Shown here: piece after piece, positions 9,161-18,318 of the stretch
Layout of the letters: every line of letters starts with the position of its first letter
Position numbering within the stretch: the stretch's first letter is position 1
DNA from: Hydrurus foetidus
Taxonomy: Eukaryota
Assembly (NCBI GenBank): GCA_900617105.1
Contig: UYFQ01000032.1
Span: forward strand, 496,001 to 560,000
DNA length: 64,000 bases
Direction of reading: 5' to 3'
The notes under the pieces: generated by a model
What the model saw: only the letters and a program-made list of their open reading frames with translations
What the model was told of the DNA's origin: nothing
The model's database searches: none
Position numbers and translations under genes: made by a program

Positions 9161-10351
9161 ATGCTGATTGATTTTTTTTACACCCTCCGCACTGCCAAAC
9201 TGCCGGTATCCGTCAAAGAGTTCTTGATGCTGCTCGAAGCGCTGCAAGCCGATGTGGTGGGGCCGCGCTCGGACGATGCGTGCAGCATTGACGATTTTTA
9301 CTACCTCAGCCGCACCACGCTGGTCAAAGACGAAAAGCACTACGACAAGTTTGACCGTGCCTTTGCCGCCTACTTCAAGGGCGTGGAGCTGATCGCTGAT
9401 TTCACCAAAGAAATCCCGCTGGAATGGCTACGTAAAAATCTGGAACTCGAACTCAGTCCTGAAGAAAAAGCCAAAATCGAAAAGATGGGCTGGGATGAGC
9501 TGATGGAGACGCTCAAAAAGCGTTTTGAAGAGCAAAAAGAACGCCACGAAGGCGGCAGCAAATGGATTGGCACGGGTGGCACCAGCCCGTTTGGGGCCAA
9601 TGGTGTCAACCCGCAAGGCATCCGCATCGGGCAAGACAAAAGCCGCAACAAAAGCGCCGTCAAAGTGTGGGATCAACGGGCCTACAAAGACTACGACGAC
9701 TCTCAAGAGCTGGGCACGCGCAACATCAAGGTGGCCCTGCGCCGCCTGCGCAAGTTCGCCCGTGAAGGCAATGCCGAAGAGCTGGATCTGGACGACACCA
9801 TCCGCGCCACCGCCGCCAATGCCGGTTGGCTGGACATCAAAATGGTGCCCGAGCGCCACAACAACGTGAAAGTACTGCTGCTGATGGACGTGGGCGGCAC
9901 GATGGACGAGCACATCAAACGCGTGGAAGAGTTGTTCAGCGCCACCAAAACCGAGTTCAAACACATCGAGTTTTACTACTTCCACAACTGCGTCTACGAT
10001 TTCATGTGGAAGAACAACCGCCGCCGCTTCAGCGAAAAGTTCGACACCTGGGACATCATCCGCAAGTACAACAAAGATTACAAACTGATCTTCATCGGCG
10101 ACGCCACCATGAGCCCGTATGAAATTTTGCAGCCCGGTGGCAGCGTCGAATACAACAATGAAGAAGCCGGTGCCGAGTGGCTGCAACGCCTGACCCACGC
10201 CTTCCCCAAATTCGCCTGGATCAACCCCGAGCCGCAAGGCGTTTGGCAGTACCGGCAAAGCATCAGCATGATGCAGCAGCTGATGAGCAACCGCATGTAC
10301 CCGCTGACGCTCAAAGGGCTGGAAGAAGCGATGCGGCTGCTGAGCAAATAA
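9161..10351 (+). CDS. VWA-domain protein, partner of MoxR ATPase (CoxE-like)
   Basis: LLLMDVGGTM MIDAS-like motif, YYFHNC, IGDATMSPYE; same operon as MoxR. Confidence 0.88.
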   Translation: MLIDFFYTLRTAKLPVSVKEFLMLLEALQADVVGPRSDDACSIDDFYYLSRTTLVKDEKHYDKFDRAFAAYFKGVELIADFTKEIPLEWLRKNLELELSPEEKAKIEKMGWDELMETLKKRFEEQKERHEGGSKWIGTGGTSPFGANGVNPQGIRIGQDKSRNKSAVKVWDQRAYKDYDDSQELGTRNIKVALRRLRKFAREGNAEELDLDDTIRATAANAGWLDIKMVPERHNNVKVLLLMDVGGTMDEHIKRVEELFSATKTEFKHIEFYYFHNCVYDFMWKNNRRRFSEKFDTWDIIRKYNKDYKLIFIGDATMSPYEILQPGGSVEYNNEEAGAEWLQRLTHAFPKFAWINPEPQGVWQYRQSISMMQQLMSNRMYPLTLKGLEEAMRLLSK

Positions 10352-10385
10352 GCCCCGCTGCGCGGCCCCTACAATCGCCCGCACC

Positions 10386-10460
10386 GCCGCCGTAGTTCAA
10401 TGGACAGAACGAGCGCCTCCTAAGCGCTAGATACAGGTTCGATTCCTGTCGGAGGCACCA
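10386..10460 (+). tRNA. tRNA-Arg(CCT)
   Basis: cloverleaf: anticodon arm AGCGC-CTCCTAA-GCGCT, T-arm ACAGG-TTCGATT-CCTGT, encoded CCA. Confidence 0.93.
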
Positions 10461-10503
10461 CAGGGCTTCACACCTCAATTGGCCATTGAATCCATAATCA
10501 GTC

Positions 10504-10842
10504 ATGGATCTCCACCTCTCACATGCCAAGCCACGCATCGAACAGTTGTGCGCATTGCACCACGTGCTTCGGCTTGAGGTGTTCGGCTCCGCTGTGAGCG
10601 CATCCCCCTCGCATCCGCCCAACGACTACGATTTCATTGTTGAACTTGCAGACAGCCAAGGTGCGAGCAAAGCACGTCGGTGGATAGCTTTTGCACAAGC
10701 CCTGGAAGACACCTTGGGTAAGCCAGTTGATTTGATAAGCCTGGCAGCCGTGCGCAACCCTTATATGGCCCAACAAATTCAAGCTAACAGCATTCCTCTT
10801 TATGAGCAGCCCGACCCATCGCGCCCCCAAACTGCTGTTTGA
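10504..10842 (+). CDS. mntA: MNT-type nucleotidyltransferase antitoxin
   Basis: VFGS...DYD motif, LGKPVDL; overlaps downstream HEPN gene. Confidence 0.82.
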   Translation: MDLHLSHAKPRIEQLCALHHVLRLEVFGSAVSASPSHPPNDYDFIVELADSQGASKARRWIAFAQALEDTLGKPVDLISLAAVRNPYMAQQIQANSIPLYEQPDPSRPQTAV

Positions 10843-11164
10843 TGCCGTTGCAGCCATCGACGCTGCGGTGAGTTTTCTCTCGGGTACATCGCTAGACGCT
10901 TACTTTACCGATGCCATGCGGCGCTCAGCCGTAGAGCGTCAACTGGAAATTTTGGGCGAGGCTTGCAGCCGCCTTGACAAGCTTGATGCGCAATGGCTGC
11001 TGACAATCCCCGACATTCGGCTGGCCATCGGGCTGCGCAACCGCATCATCCACGGCTATGACGCGGTAGATGATGCGATGGTTTATGAGACGGTACACGT
11101 CGATTTACCCAGTCTGCGAGAAGCCTTGGCGAACGCCTTGCTTCAATGCGACAAGGCGATTTAA
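10802..11164 (+). CDS. hepT: HEPN (DUF86) RNase toxin
   Basis: AVERQLEILGEA and RNRIIHGY (Rx4H followed by Tyr). Confidence 0.88.
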   Translation: MSSPTHRAPKLLFDAVAAIDAAVSFLSGTSLDAYFTDAMRRSAVERQLEILGEACSRLDKLDAQWLLTIPDIRLAIGLRNRIIHGYDAVDDAMVYETVHVDLPSLREALANALLQCDKAI

Positions 11165-11167
11165 CCG

Positions 11168-12019
11168 CTACAGCTTGAACGCCACAACCTCCTGTCGCTG
11201 CTCTCCCAAGCCCTCAATCCCCAGCGTCACCACGTCGCCTTTCTTCAAAAACACCGGGTTCGGCTTCATACCCAGGCCGACACCGGGAGGGGTGCCGGTG
11301 GTGATCACATCGCCGGGCTCCAGCGTCATGAACTGGCTCAGGTAGCTCACGATTTTGGCGATGCTGAAAATCATGGTTTTGGTGTTACCGGTTTGCATGC
11401 GCACGCCGTTCACGTCCAGCCACATCGCCAGTTTTTGCGGGTTGGTTATTTCATCGCGCGTCACCAGCCAAGGGCCGATGGGGCCGAAGGTGTCGCAGCC
11501 TTTGCCCTTGTCCCACTGGCTGCCGCGCTCCAGCTGGTATTCGCGCTCGCTCACGTCGTCAATGGTGCAGTACCCGGCGACATGGCTAAGGGCTTCTTTT
11601 TGCGAGACGTAGCGGGCGCGTTTGCCAATGACCACGCCCAGCTCCACTTCCCAGTCGGTCTTTTTAGAACCTTTGGGCAGCATCACCGGGTCGTTCGGGC
11701 CTTGGATGCAGCTGGTGGCCTTCATGAAGACGATAGGTTCTACCGGGATGGGCAAGTTGGATTCAGCCGCGTGGTCAGCGTAGTTCAGGCCGATGGCGAT
11801 GAATTTGCGCACCCCATTGACCGGGCAACCCAGGCGCGGGCTGCCTTTGACGGCGGGGAGTTTGGTGGTATCAAGCTGGGCGATCTTGGCCAGCGCCTCA
11901 TCGCTCAGTTGATCGGGGCCAATGTCTTTGACGGCTTTGCTCAGGTCACGCAAAACGCCTTGGGCGTCGATGAGACCGGGCTTTTCAGCGCCCGGGTTGC
12001 CGTAGCGAACGAGTTTCAT
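11168..12019 (-). CDS. fumarylacetoacetate hydrolase family protein (possible 2,4-diketo acid hydrolase)
   Basis: IGLNYADH, DWEVEL, DVSER, KG-DTFGPIGP, TGTPPGVG. Confidence 0.9.
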   Translation of the reverse strand: MKLVRYGNPGAEKPGLIDAQGVLRDLSKAVKDIGPDQLSDEALAKIAQLDTTKLPAVKGSPRLGCPVNGVRKFIAIGLNYADHAAESNLPIPVEPIVFMKATSCIQGPNDPVMLPKGSKKTDWEVELGVVIGKRARYVSQKEALSHVAGYCTIDDVSEREYQLERGSQWDKGKGCDTFGPIGPWLVTRDEITNPQKLAMWLDVNGVRMQTGNTKTMIFSIAKIVSYLSQFMTLEPGDVITTGTPPGVGLGMKPNPVFLKKGDVVTLGIEGLGEQRQEVVAFKL

Positions 12020-12067
12020 GGGTCTTCCTTAAGAAGGGTTGGGGGTTAAATTAGTTTCTAAATATCA

Positions 12068-12802
12068 TCAAATGGTAATACCACCGTCAACCGAATAGGC
12101 TTGCCCGGTCACAAACACAGATTCATCGCTGGCCAGGAACACCACCAGCGGCGCAATCTCTGCGGCTTGTGCCAAGCGGCCCATAGGCTGGCGGGCAATG
12201 AAGGCGTTGCGTGCGGCCACCGGGTCGTCGTTGGCGTTGATGCGCTCAGACAGCGAAGGCGTATCGACGGTGCCGGGGCAGACCGCGTTACAGCGAACGC
12301 CCTGCCCAACGTAATCGGCAGCCACGCTTTTGGTGAGACCAATCACAGCCGCCTTGCTGGCCCCGTAGATGCAGCGGTTGGGCAAGCCCTTGATGCTGCT
12401 GCACACGCTGGCCATGTTGATGATGGTGCCGCCACCGTTGGCAATCATCTTGGGCAGCACCGCTTGAATCGTCCAGAACTGGGCACGGGCATTCAGGTTG
12501 AAGCTGAAATCCCAATCGGCATCGGTCGCGTTCAGCAGCGAGCCATTGGCGACGACACCGGCGCAGTTGAAAAGGATGTTCAGCGCAGGCAATTGCGCGG
12601 CCATCGCCTGGATAGCGTCCTTGTCCAGCACATCGAGCACGGCCGTGTGGATGTTGGCAACACCGGCGTAATCCGCCAGAAATTGGGGGTTCACGTCCGT
12701 GGCCCAAACCTGAGCGCCCTCTGCGGCCATGGCGAGTGCGGTGGCGCGGCCTATGCCTTGGCCTGCGGCGGTGATGAGGGCAGTTTTTCCTTGGAGGCGC
12801 AT
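12068..12802 (-). CDS. SDR oxidoreductase, BDH2 / 2-keto-3-deoxy-sugar-acid dehydrogenase-like
   Basis: TAAGQGIG, LFNCAG, NRCIYGASKAAVIGLTKS, CPGTVDTPSL. Confidence 0.88.
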   Translation of the reverse strand: MRLQGKTALITAAGQGIGRATALAMAAEGAQVWATDVNPQFLADYAGVANIHTAVLDVLDKDAIQAMAAQLPALNILFNCAGVVANGSLLNATDADWDFSFNLNARAQFWTIQAVLPKMIANGGGTIINMASVCSSIKGLPNRCIYGASKAAVIGLTKSVAADYVGQGVRCNAVCPGTVDTPSLSERINANDDPVAARNAFIARQPMGRLAQAAEIAPLVVFLASDESVFVTGQAYSVDGGITI

Positions 12803-12909
12803 GGGGTGTCTTTCTGCAAAAGGGGCAATGACAGGCGGTGATGACAGGGTGATAACAAGGTGCATAGGGGTTTAGCCCGATGCCAGTGTTGGCGATTGAT
12901 GGGATTATT

Positions 12910-12934
12910 AATTGGCCTTACCACTTAACCAATT
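12910..12934. promoter_or_regulatory. putative FadR/UxuR-type operator
   Basis: AATTGG-N13-CCAATT with inner TGG-N5-CCA, between the divergent SDR and GntR genes. Confidence 0.5.
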
Positions 12935-12953
12935 CGTAGTATCCCGTATCCCC

Positions 12954-13664
12954 ATGCCCATTCAACCCCTAGAACCTCAGCGCCTGTACCGCCAAATTTC
13001 TGAGCAACTGCGCCAGTTGATCGTGTCGGGCGAATTCGCGGTCGGTGCCCGCCTGCCCGCAGAACGCGACTTGGCCAAGCAACTGGGTGTCAGCCGCCCC
13101 TCGGTACGTGAAGCCTTGATTGCAATGGAGGTAGAAGGCTGGGTCGAGGTGCGTACCGGATCAGGTGTCTATGTGCTGGAGCGCAGCAGCACCGACCGCC
13201 CTGATGCGGTGGCCCCAAGCGAATGGGGGCCACTGGAGTTGATTCGCGCCCGCCGTGTTGTCGAAGGCGAGATTGCCGCGCTGGCCGCTGTGCAGGCCAA
13301 CCGCAAGGACATCAACGCCATTGAGCTCGCCCTGCAAGCCATGCGCGACGACGCCAACGCGGGCCGCTTGCCACTGGAAGGCGACCGCGCCTTCCACACC
13401 GCCATCGTGCAGACCTGCGGCAACGTGGTGCTGACTGAAACCGTGCAAAGCTTTTGGGATTCACGCCGTGGCCCGCTGTTCACACGATTGGGGGGCTACT
13501 TTGAAACACTCGACTCCTGGCGTGCCGCGATTGAGGAACACGAAGCCGTGCTGACCGCCATCCACGCTCACGATGGCCCCGCCGCACGCACGGCCATGCA
13601 AACCCACATGGACAAAGCCCATGCCCGCTTCAGCGTGAGCTGGCGCAAAGTCAAAGCCAACTGA
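12954..13664 (+). CDS. GntR/FadR family transcriptional regulator
   Basis: RLPAERDLAKQLGVSRPSVREAL wHTH plus FCD domain (DRAFH, EH). Confidence 0.93.
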   Translation: MPIQPLEPQRLYRQISEQLRQLIVSGEFAVGARLPAERDLAKQLGVSRPSVREALIAMEVEGWVEVRTGSGVYVLERSSTDRPDAVAPSEWGPLELIRARRVVEGEIAALAAVQANRKDINAIELALQAMRDDANAGRLPLEGDRAFHTAIVQTCGNVVLTETVQSFWDSRRGPLFTRLGGYFETLDSWRAAIEEHEAVLTAIHAHDGPAARTAMQTHMDKAHARFSVSWRKVKAN

Positions 13665-13721
13665 TCCCCCTTTACCCCACCCGTCCCGCCCGTCATGTCA
13701 CTTTTTCCTTTGGAGACTTTA

Positions 13722-14705
13722 ATGAAACGCAATACTGTTAAATTCATAGCTGCATGCGCAGTAGCAACCTTGGCTACTGGCCTTTTGAGCATTGCACAGG
13801 CGCAAACCAAACTCAAATGGGCGCATGTCTACGAGACCTCGGAGCCGTACCACAAGCAGTCGGTCTGGGCAGCGGAAGAGATCAAAAAACGCAGCAACGG
13901 CAAGTTCGATATCCAGGTGTTCCCCGCCTCCACCTTGGGCAAAGAAAGCGACCTGAACCAGGGCATGACGCTGGGGTCGGTGGACATGATTATCAGCGGC
14001 ACCTCGTTCGCCGCACGGGCTTACCCCCGGCTGGGCATCGCCTATTACCCGTTCATCTTCCGCGATGCCGACCACCTGATTGCCTATGCCAAGAGCGACG
14101 TGTTTGCTGAAATGGTGGAAGGCTACCGCCAAAAAACCGGCATTCAAATTTTGGCCTACACCTACTACGGCGCACGCCACACCACGGCCCAAAAACCGTT
14201 CACCGACTGCGCAGGCATGAAGGGCCTGAAGATTCGCGTGCCTGATGTACCGGCCTACACCGCCACCCCCAAAGCTTGCGGTGCCAACCCCACCCCCATC
14301 GCCTTTGCCGAGGTGTATCTGGCCCTGCAAAACGGCACCGTGGATGCGCAAGAAAACCCGCTGACGACCATCGAAGCCAAGAAGTTTTATGAGGTGCAAA
14401 AAGCCATCATGCTCACCGGCCACATCGTCGATGGCCTGACCACACAGGTCGCACCGCATGTCTGGAACACCCTCAGCGCCGCCGAGAAAACCATGTTCAC
14501 CGAAGTCACCCGCGAAGCCGCTGCCCGCAGCACGGCGGACATCAAAAAACGGGAATCTGAACTGGTGGACGAATTCAAAAAGAAGGGCCTCAATATCGTG
14601 AACGTAGACCGCAAGAGCTTTGTGGACGCGGTGCTGAAGTCGTCCCCGGTGGAGTCGATGGGGTTTGACCGCAAGGACTACGACCGCATCACTTCATTGA
14701 AATAA
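13722..14705 (+). CDS. dctP: TRAP transporter substrate-binding protein
   Basis: signal peptide, GLKIRVP, EVYLALQNGTVDAQENP. Confidence 0.93.
   Translation: MKRNTVKFIAACAVATLATGLLSIAQAQTKLKWAHVYETSEPYHKQSVWAAEEIKKRSNGKFDIQVFPASTLGKESDLNQGMTLGSVDMIISGTSFAARAYPRLGIAYYPFIFRDADHLIAYAKSDVFAEMVEGYRQKTGIQILAYTYYGARHTTAQKPFTDCAGMKGLKIRVPDVPAYTATPKACGANPTPIAFAEVYLALQNGTVDAQENPLTTIEAKKFYEVQKAIMLTGHIVDGLTTQVAPHVWNTLSAAEKTMFTEVTREAAARSTADIKKRESELVDEFKKKGLNIVNVDRKSFVDAVLKSSPVESMGFDRKDYDRITSLK
13734..13788 (+). repeat. ~55-bp dispersed motif copy (encodes part of the DctP signal peptide)
   Basis: core ACTGTTAAATTCATAGC, GC at +8/9, TTTT at +33. Confidence 0.65.
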
Positions 14706-14755
14706 GACCAGCCATCAGAACTGAAAAAGACGCAACCTGAACGCAGAAAGCAGCC

Positions 14756-15313
14756 ATGCAAGAGACTCAAAAAATCGTCGGTGACGACGGTGAATTTCAC
14801 GTAGAAGACGACGAAGTGGACTTGTCCCCCGTCACCACCGAGGCCTGGATTTCGCTGGGTTTCTTCTGGCTGCTGGGGTTGACGGTTTTCACCCAGTTTT
14901 TCACCCGTTACGTGCTCAATGATTCTGCCGCATGGACGGAAGAAATCGCCCGCTACATGCTGATCGCAACCGTCTTCGTCGGTGCTGCGGTAGGCGTCAC
15001 CAAGAACAACCATATTCAGGTGGACTTCTTTTACCGCTTCATGCCCAAGCCAGTGGCACGCGGCATGGCGATGCTGGTGGACGCCATTCGTATCGTGTTC
15101 TTCGCGGCCACGGTGTACCTCACGTGGATGATGATGCAAAAAATGGACAGCTACAAGATGACCATCATCGACCTGCCGATGAACATCGTCTACGGCATTT
15201 GCCTGTTCGGTTTTGCCGCCATGCTGGTGCGCTCGGTGCAGGTGGCGCGTGTCCACATGGCCCGTGGCTACACCGTTTTGGAACGGCCTGAATCCACTAT
15301 GGATGACCGCTAG
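14756..15313 (+). CDS. dctQ: TRAP small permease
   Basis: 4 TM helices, WTEEIARY, HIQVD. Confidence 0.92.
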   Translation: MQETQKIVGDDGEFHVEDDEVDLSPVTTEAWISLGFFWLLGLTVFTQFFTRYVLNDSAAWTEEIARYMLIATVFVGAAVGVTKNNHIQVDFFYRFMPKPVARGMAMLVDAIRIVFFAATVYLTWMMMQKMDSYKMTIIDLPMNIVYGICLFGFAAMLVRSVQVARVHMARGYTVLERPESTMDDR

Positions 15314-15363
15314 AACGAACTCCGCAACAGCATTCGCACACCCCAAATACCGAACACCACCCC

Positions 15364-16758
15364 ATGCTCAAAATCATCTTTCTGCTCTTTATGGGCACCG
15401 GCATGCCCGTCGCGATTGCGATGGCGGGCTCGTCGCTCGTCTACATCCTCGCCACCGGCAACCTGCCTCCGTTCGTGGTGATTCACCGCATGATCTCAGG
15501 CATCGACAGCTTTCCGCTGCTGGCCGTGCCCTTCTTCATCCTGGCGGGCAACCTGATGAACAACGCGGGCATCACCACCCGCATCTACAACTTTGCGCTG
15601 GCCCTGGTGGGCTGGATGAAGGGCGGCTTGGGCCATGTCAACGTGGTCGGCTCGGTGATTTTTGCGGGCATGAGTGGCACCGCGATTGCCGATGCTGCGG
15701 GCCTGGGCACCATCGAGATCAAGGCCATGCAAGAGCACGGCTACAGCACCGAATTTGCCGTGGGCGTGACAGCCGCGTCGGCCACGCTCGGCCCCATCAT
15801 CCCGCCCAGTTTGCCATTCGTGATCTACGGGATGATGAGCAACGTCAGCATTGGGGCGCTGTTCCTCGCGGGCATCTTGCCCGGCATGCTGATGGCCATC
15901 GCGATGATGCTGACGGTGGCCTACTTCGCGCACAAAAACGGCTGGGGTGCGGACGTGAAGTTCTCTTGGCCCAAAGTCGCCAAAGCCTTGATCGAGCTGA
16001 GCGTGGTGATCGCGTGGCCGCTGGCGATGTGGCTGCTGATCGTCAAAGCTGAACTGCCACCGCAAGCCACCGTCATCGCCGGGCTGGCTGCGCTGTTTGC
16101 GGCTGACAAATTTTTCAAATTTCAGGCCGTGCTGCCCATCATGACACCCGTGTTGCTGATTGGCGGCATGACGACCGGCATATTCACCCCCACCGAAGGC
16201 GCGATTGCCGCCTGCCTGTGGGCGATGGTGCTGGGCTTTGCGTGGTACCGCACGCTCAAGTTCAAGATGTTCGTGAAGGTTTGTCTGGACACCGTAGAGA
16301 CCACCAGCACCGTGCTGTTCATCGTCGCTGCAGCCAGCATTTTTGGATGGATGCTGACAGCCACCGGTGTCACCGCTGCCATTGGCGAATGGGTGCTGGG
16401 TTTCACCAAAGACCCGAACATGTTCCTGCTGATGGCCAATTTGCTGATGCTGTTTGTAGGCTGCTTTTTGGAACCCACCGCCGCCATCACCATCCTGGTG
16501 CCCATCCTCTTGCCGATTTGCCTGAAGCTGGGCGTTGACCCCATCCACTTTGGGCTGGTGATGGTGCTGAACCTGATGATCGGTCTGCTGCACCCACCCA
16601 TGGGCATGGTGCTGTTTGTGCTGGCCCGCGTCGCCAAGCTGAGCGTAGAACGTACCACCATGGCCATCTTGCCCTGGCTGGTGCCGCTCCTGGGCAGCCT
16701 GGTACTCATCACCTACTTCCCCAAAGCCGTGTTGTGGCTGCCGAAGATGTTTTATTGA
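15364..16758 (+). CDS. dctM: TRAP large permease
   Basis: LLAVPFFILAGNLMN, GMSGTAIADAA, GPIIPPS, DPIHFG. Confidence 0.93.
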   Translation: MLKIIFLLFMGTGMPVAIAMAGSSLVYILATGNLPPFVVIHRMISGIDSFPLLAVPFFILAGNLMNNAGITTRIYNFALALVGWMKGGLGHVNVVGSVIFAGMSGTAIADAAGLGTIEIKAMQEHGYSTEFAVGVTAASATLGPIIPPSLPFVIYGMMSNVSIGALFLAGILPGMLMAIAMMLTVAYFAHKNGWGADVKFSWPKVAKALIELSVVIAWPLAMWLLIVKAELPPQATVIAGLAALFAADKFFKFQAVLPIMTPVLLIGGMTTGIFTPTEGAIAACLWAMVLGFAWYRTLKFKMFVKVCLDTVETTSTVLFIVAAASIFGWMLTATGVTAAIGEWVLGFTKDPNMFLLMANLLMLFVGCFLEPTAAITILVPILLPICLKLGVDPIHFGLVMVLNLMIGLLHPPMGMVLFVLARVAKLSVERTTMAILPWLVPLLGSLVLITYFPKAVLWLPKMFY

Positions 16759-16785
16759 ACTCAGCCCTTAAATCCCCCTGCACCT

Positions 16786-18318
16786 ATGTCAACACCCCCC
16801 TACATTCGCCTGCACGCTCTGGATGACGTGCTGATCGCCCGCAGCCAGCTGCTGAGTGGCACCCCGGTGGAACACATCACCGTCAAAGGCCTGATTCCAC
16901 CTGGCCACAAGATCGCCACGCGGGCAATCTCTACTGGCGAGCCGGTACGCCGCTACAACCAGATCATCGGCTTTGCCAGCCGCCCCATCGCAGCGGGCGA
17001 GCATGTCCACACGCAAAACCTGAACATGGGGCCGGACAAAGGCGACTTTGCGCGGGACTACGCCTTCGGGGCCGATGTGAAGCCCGCCCCCCCCCGATTA
17101 GAAGCAACCTTCATGGGCTACCAACGCGCTGATGGCCGGGTGGCGACGCGCAATTACATTGGCATCCTTTCCAGCGTGAACTGCTCCGCCACAGCCGCGC
17201 GGGCGATTGCTGACCAGTTCTCACGCCAGACCAACCCGGCCGCTTTGGCCGATTTTCCGCATGTCGATGGGGTCGTCGCTCTCACCCACGGCACCGGCTG
17301 CGGCATGGACGGCGAAGGCTTGGGGATGCGTCTGCTGGAGCGCACGCTGGCTGGTTACGCCACCCACCCCAATTTCGCCGCCGTGCTGGTGATTGGCCTG
17401 GGCTGCGAGGGCAACCAAATCAGCGCCTGGCTGGCGCACAGCAGTCTGGCGGAAGGTGACACGCTGCGCACTTTCAACATCCAGGACACCGGCGGCACCC
17501 GCAAGACCGTTGCCAAAGGCATCGCCTTGGTTCAGGCGATGCTGCCCAAAGCCAATGAAGCACGGCGCACGCCATGCAGCGCAGCGCACATCACCATCGG
17601 TTTGCAGTGCGGTGGCTCAGACGGCTATTCCGGCATCAGCGCCAACCCGGCACTGGGTGCTGCGGTGGACTTGCTGGTGGCCCACGGTGGCACCGCCATC
17701 CTCAGCGAAACCCCCGAAATATACGGTGCAGAGCACCTGCTGACGCGCCGTGCCGTACAGCGCGAGATGGGCGAAAAACTCATCGCCCGCATCAAGTGGT
17801 GGGAGCATTACACCCAAATCAACGAGGGCGAGATGAACAACAACCCCTCGCCCGGCAACAAGGCGGGTGGCCTCACCACCATCCTGGAAAAGTCACTGGG
17901 TGCCGTCGCCAAAGGCGGCACCAGCAACCTGCAAGCGGTGTACGAGTACGCCGAACCCGTTACCGCCCACGGCTTCGTCTACATGGACACCCCCGGCTAC
18001 GACCCGGTGAGCGCCACCGGCCAAGTCGCAGGCGGCGCGAACCTGATTTGCTTCACAACGGGGAGAGGCAGTGCCTATGGCTGTGCGCCAAGCCCCTCGC
18101 TCAAGCTCGCCACCAATTCGGCACTGTGGCACAAGCAGGAAGACGACATGGACATCAACTGCGGCGAAATCATCGACGGCACGTCCACCGTCGCCGCGAT
18201 GGGCCAGCGCATTTTTGACGCGGTGCTGGCCACGGCTTCGGGTACGCCCAGCAAGAGCGAGAAACACGGCTACGGGCAAAACGAATTTGTGCCCTGGCAA
18301 GTGGGAGCGGTGATGTGA
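16786..18318 (+). CDS. uxaA: UxaA/GarD family sugar-acid dehydratase with SAF domain
   Basis: PGHKIA, HGTGCG, GLGCE, QCGGSD, NPSPGNKAGGLTTILEKSLG, FTTGRG; substrate uncertain. Confidence 0.85.
   Translation: MSTPPYIRLHALDDVLIARSQLLSGTPVEHITVKGLIPPGHKIATRAISTGEPVRRYNQIIGFASRPIAAGEHVHTQNLNMGPDKGDFARDYAFGADVKPAPPRLEATFMGYQRADGRVATRNYIGILSSVNCSATAARAIADQFSRQTNPAALADFPHVDGVVALTHGTGCGMDGEGLGMRLLERTLAGYATHPNFAAVLVIGLGCEGNQISAWLAHSSLAEGDTLRTFNIQDTGGTRKTVAKGIALVQAMLPKANEARRTPCSAAHITIGLQCGGSDGYSGISANPALGAAVDLLVAHGGTAILSETPEIYGAEHLLTRRAVQREMGEKLIARIKWWEHYTQINEGEMNNNPSPGNKAGGLTTILEKSLGAVAKGGTSNLQAVYEYAEPVTAHGFVYMDTPGYDPVSATGQVAGGANLICFTTGRGSAYGCAPSPSLKLATNSALWHKQEDDMDINCGEIIDGTSTVAAMGQRIFDAVLATASGTPSKSEKHGYGQNEFVPWQVGAVM

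Noticed and set aside
9428..10384. Long antisense ORFs (also 15496-16593, 20196-21215, 41964-42923, 42980-43987, 46209-47123)
   Set aside because: Shadow frames of well-supported genes in GC-rich DNA, with no recognisable motifs.
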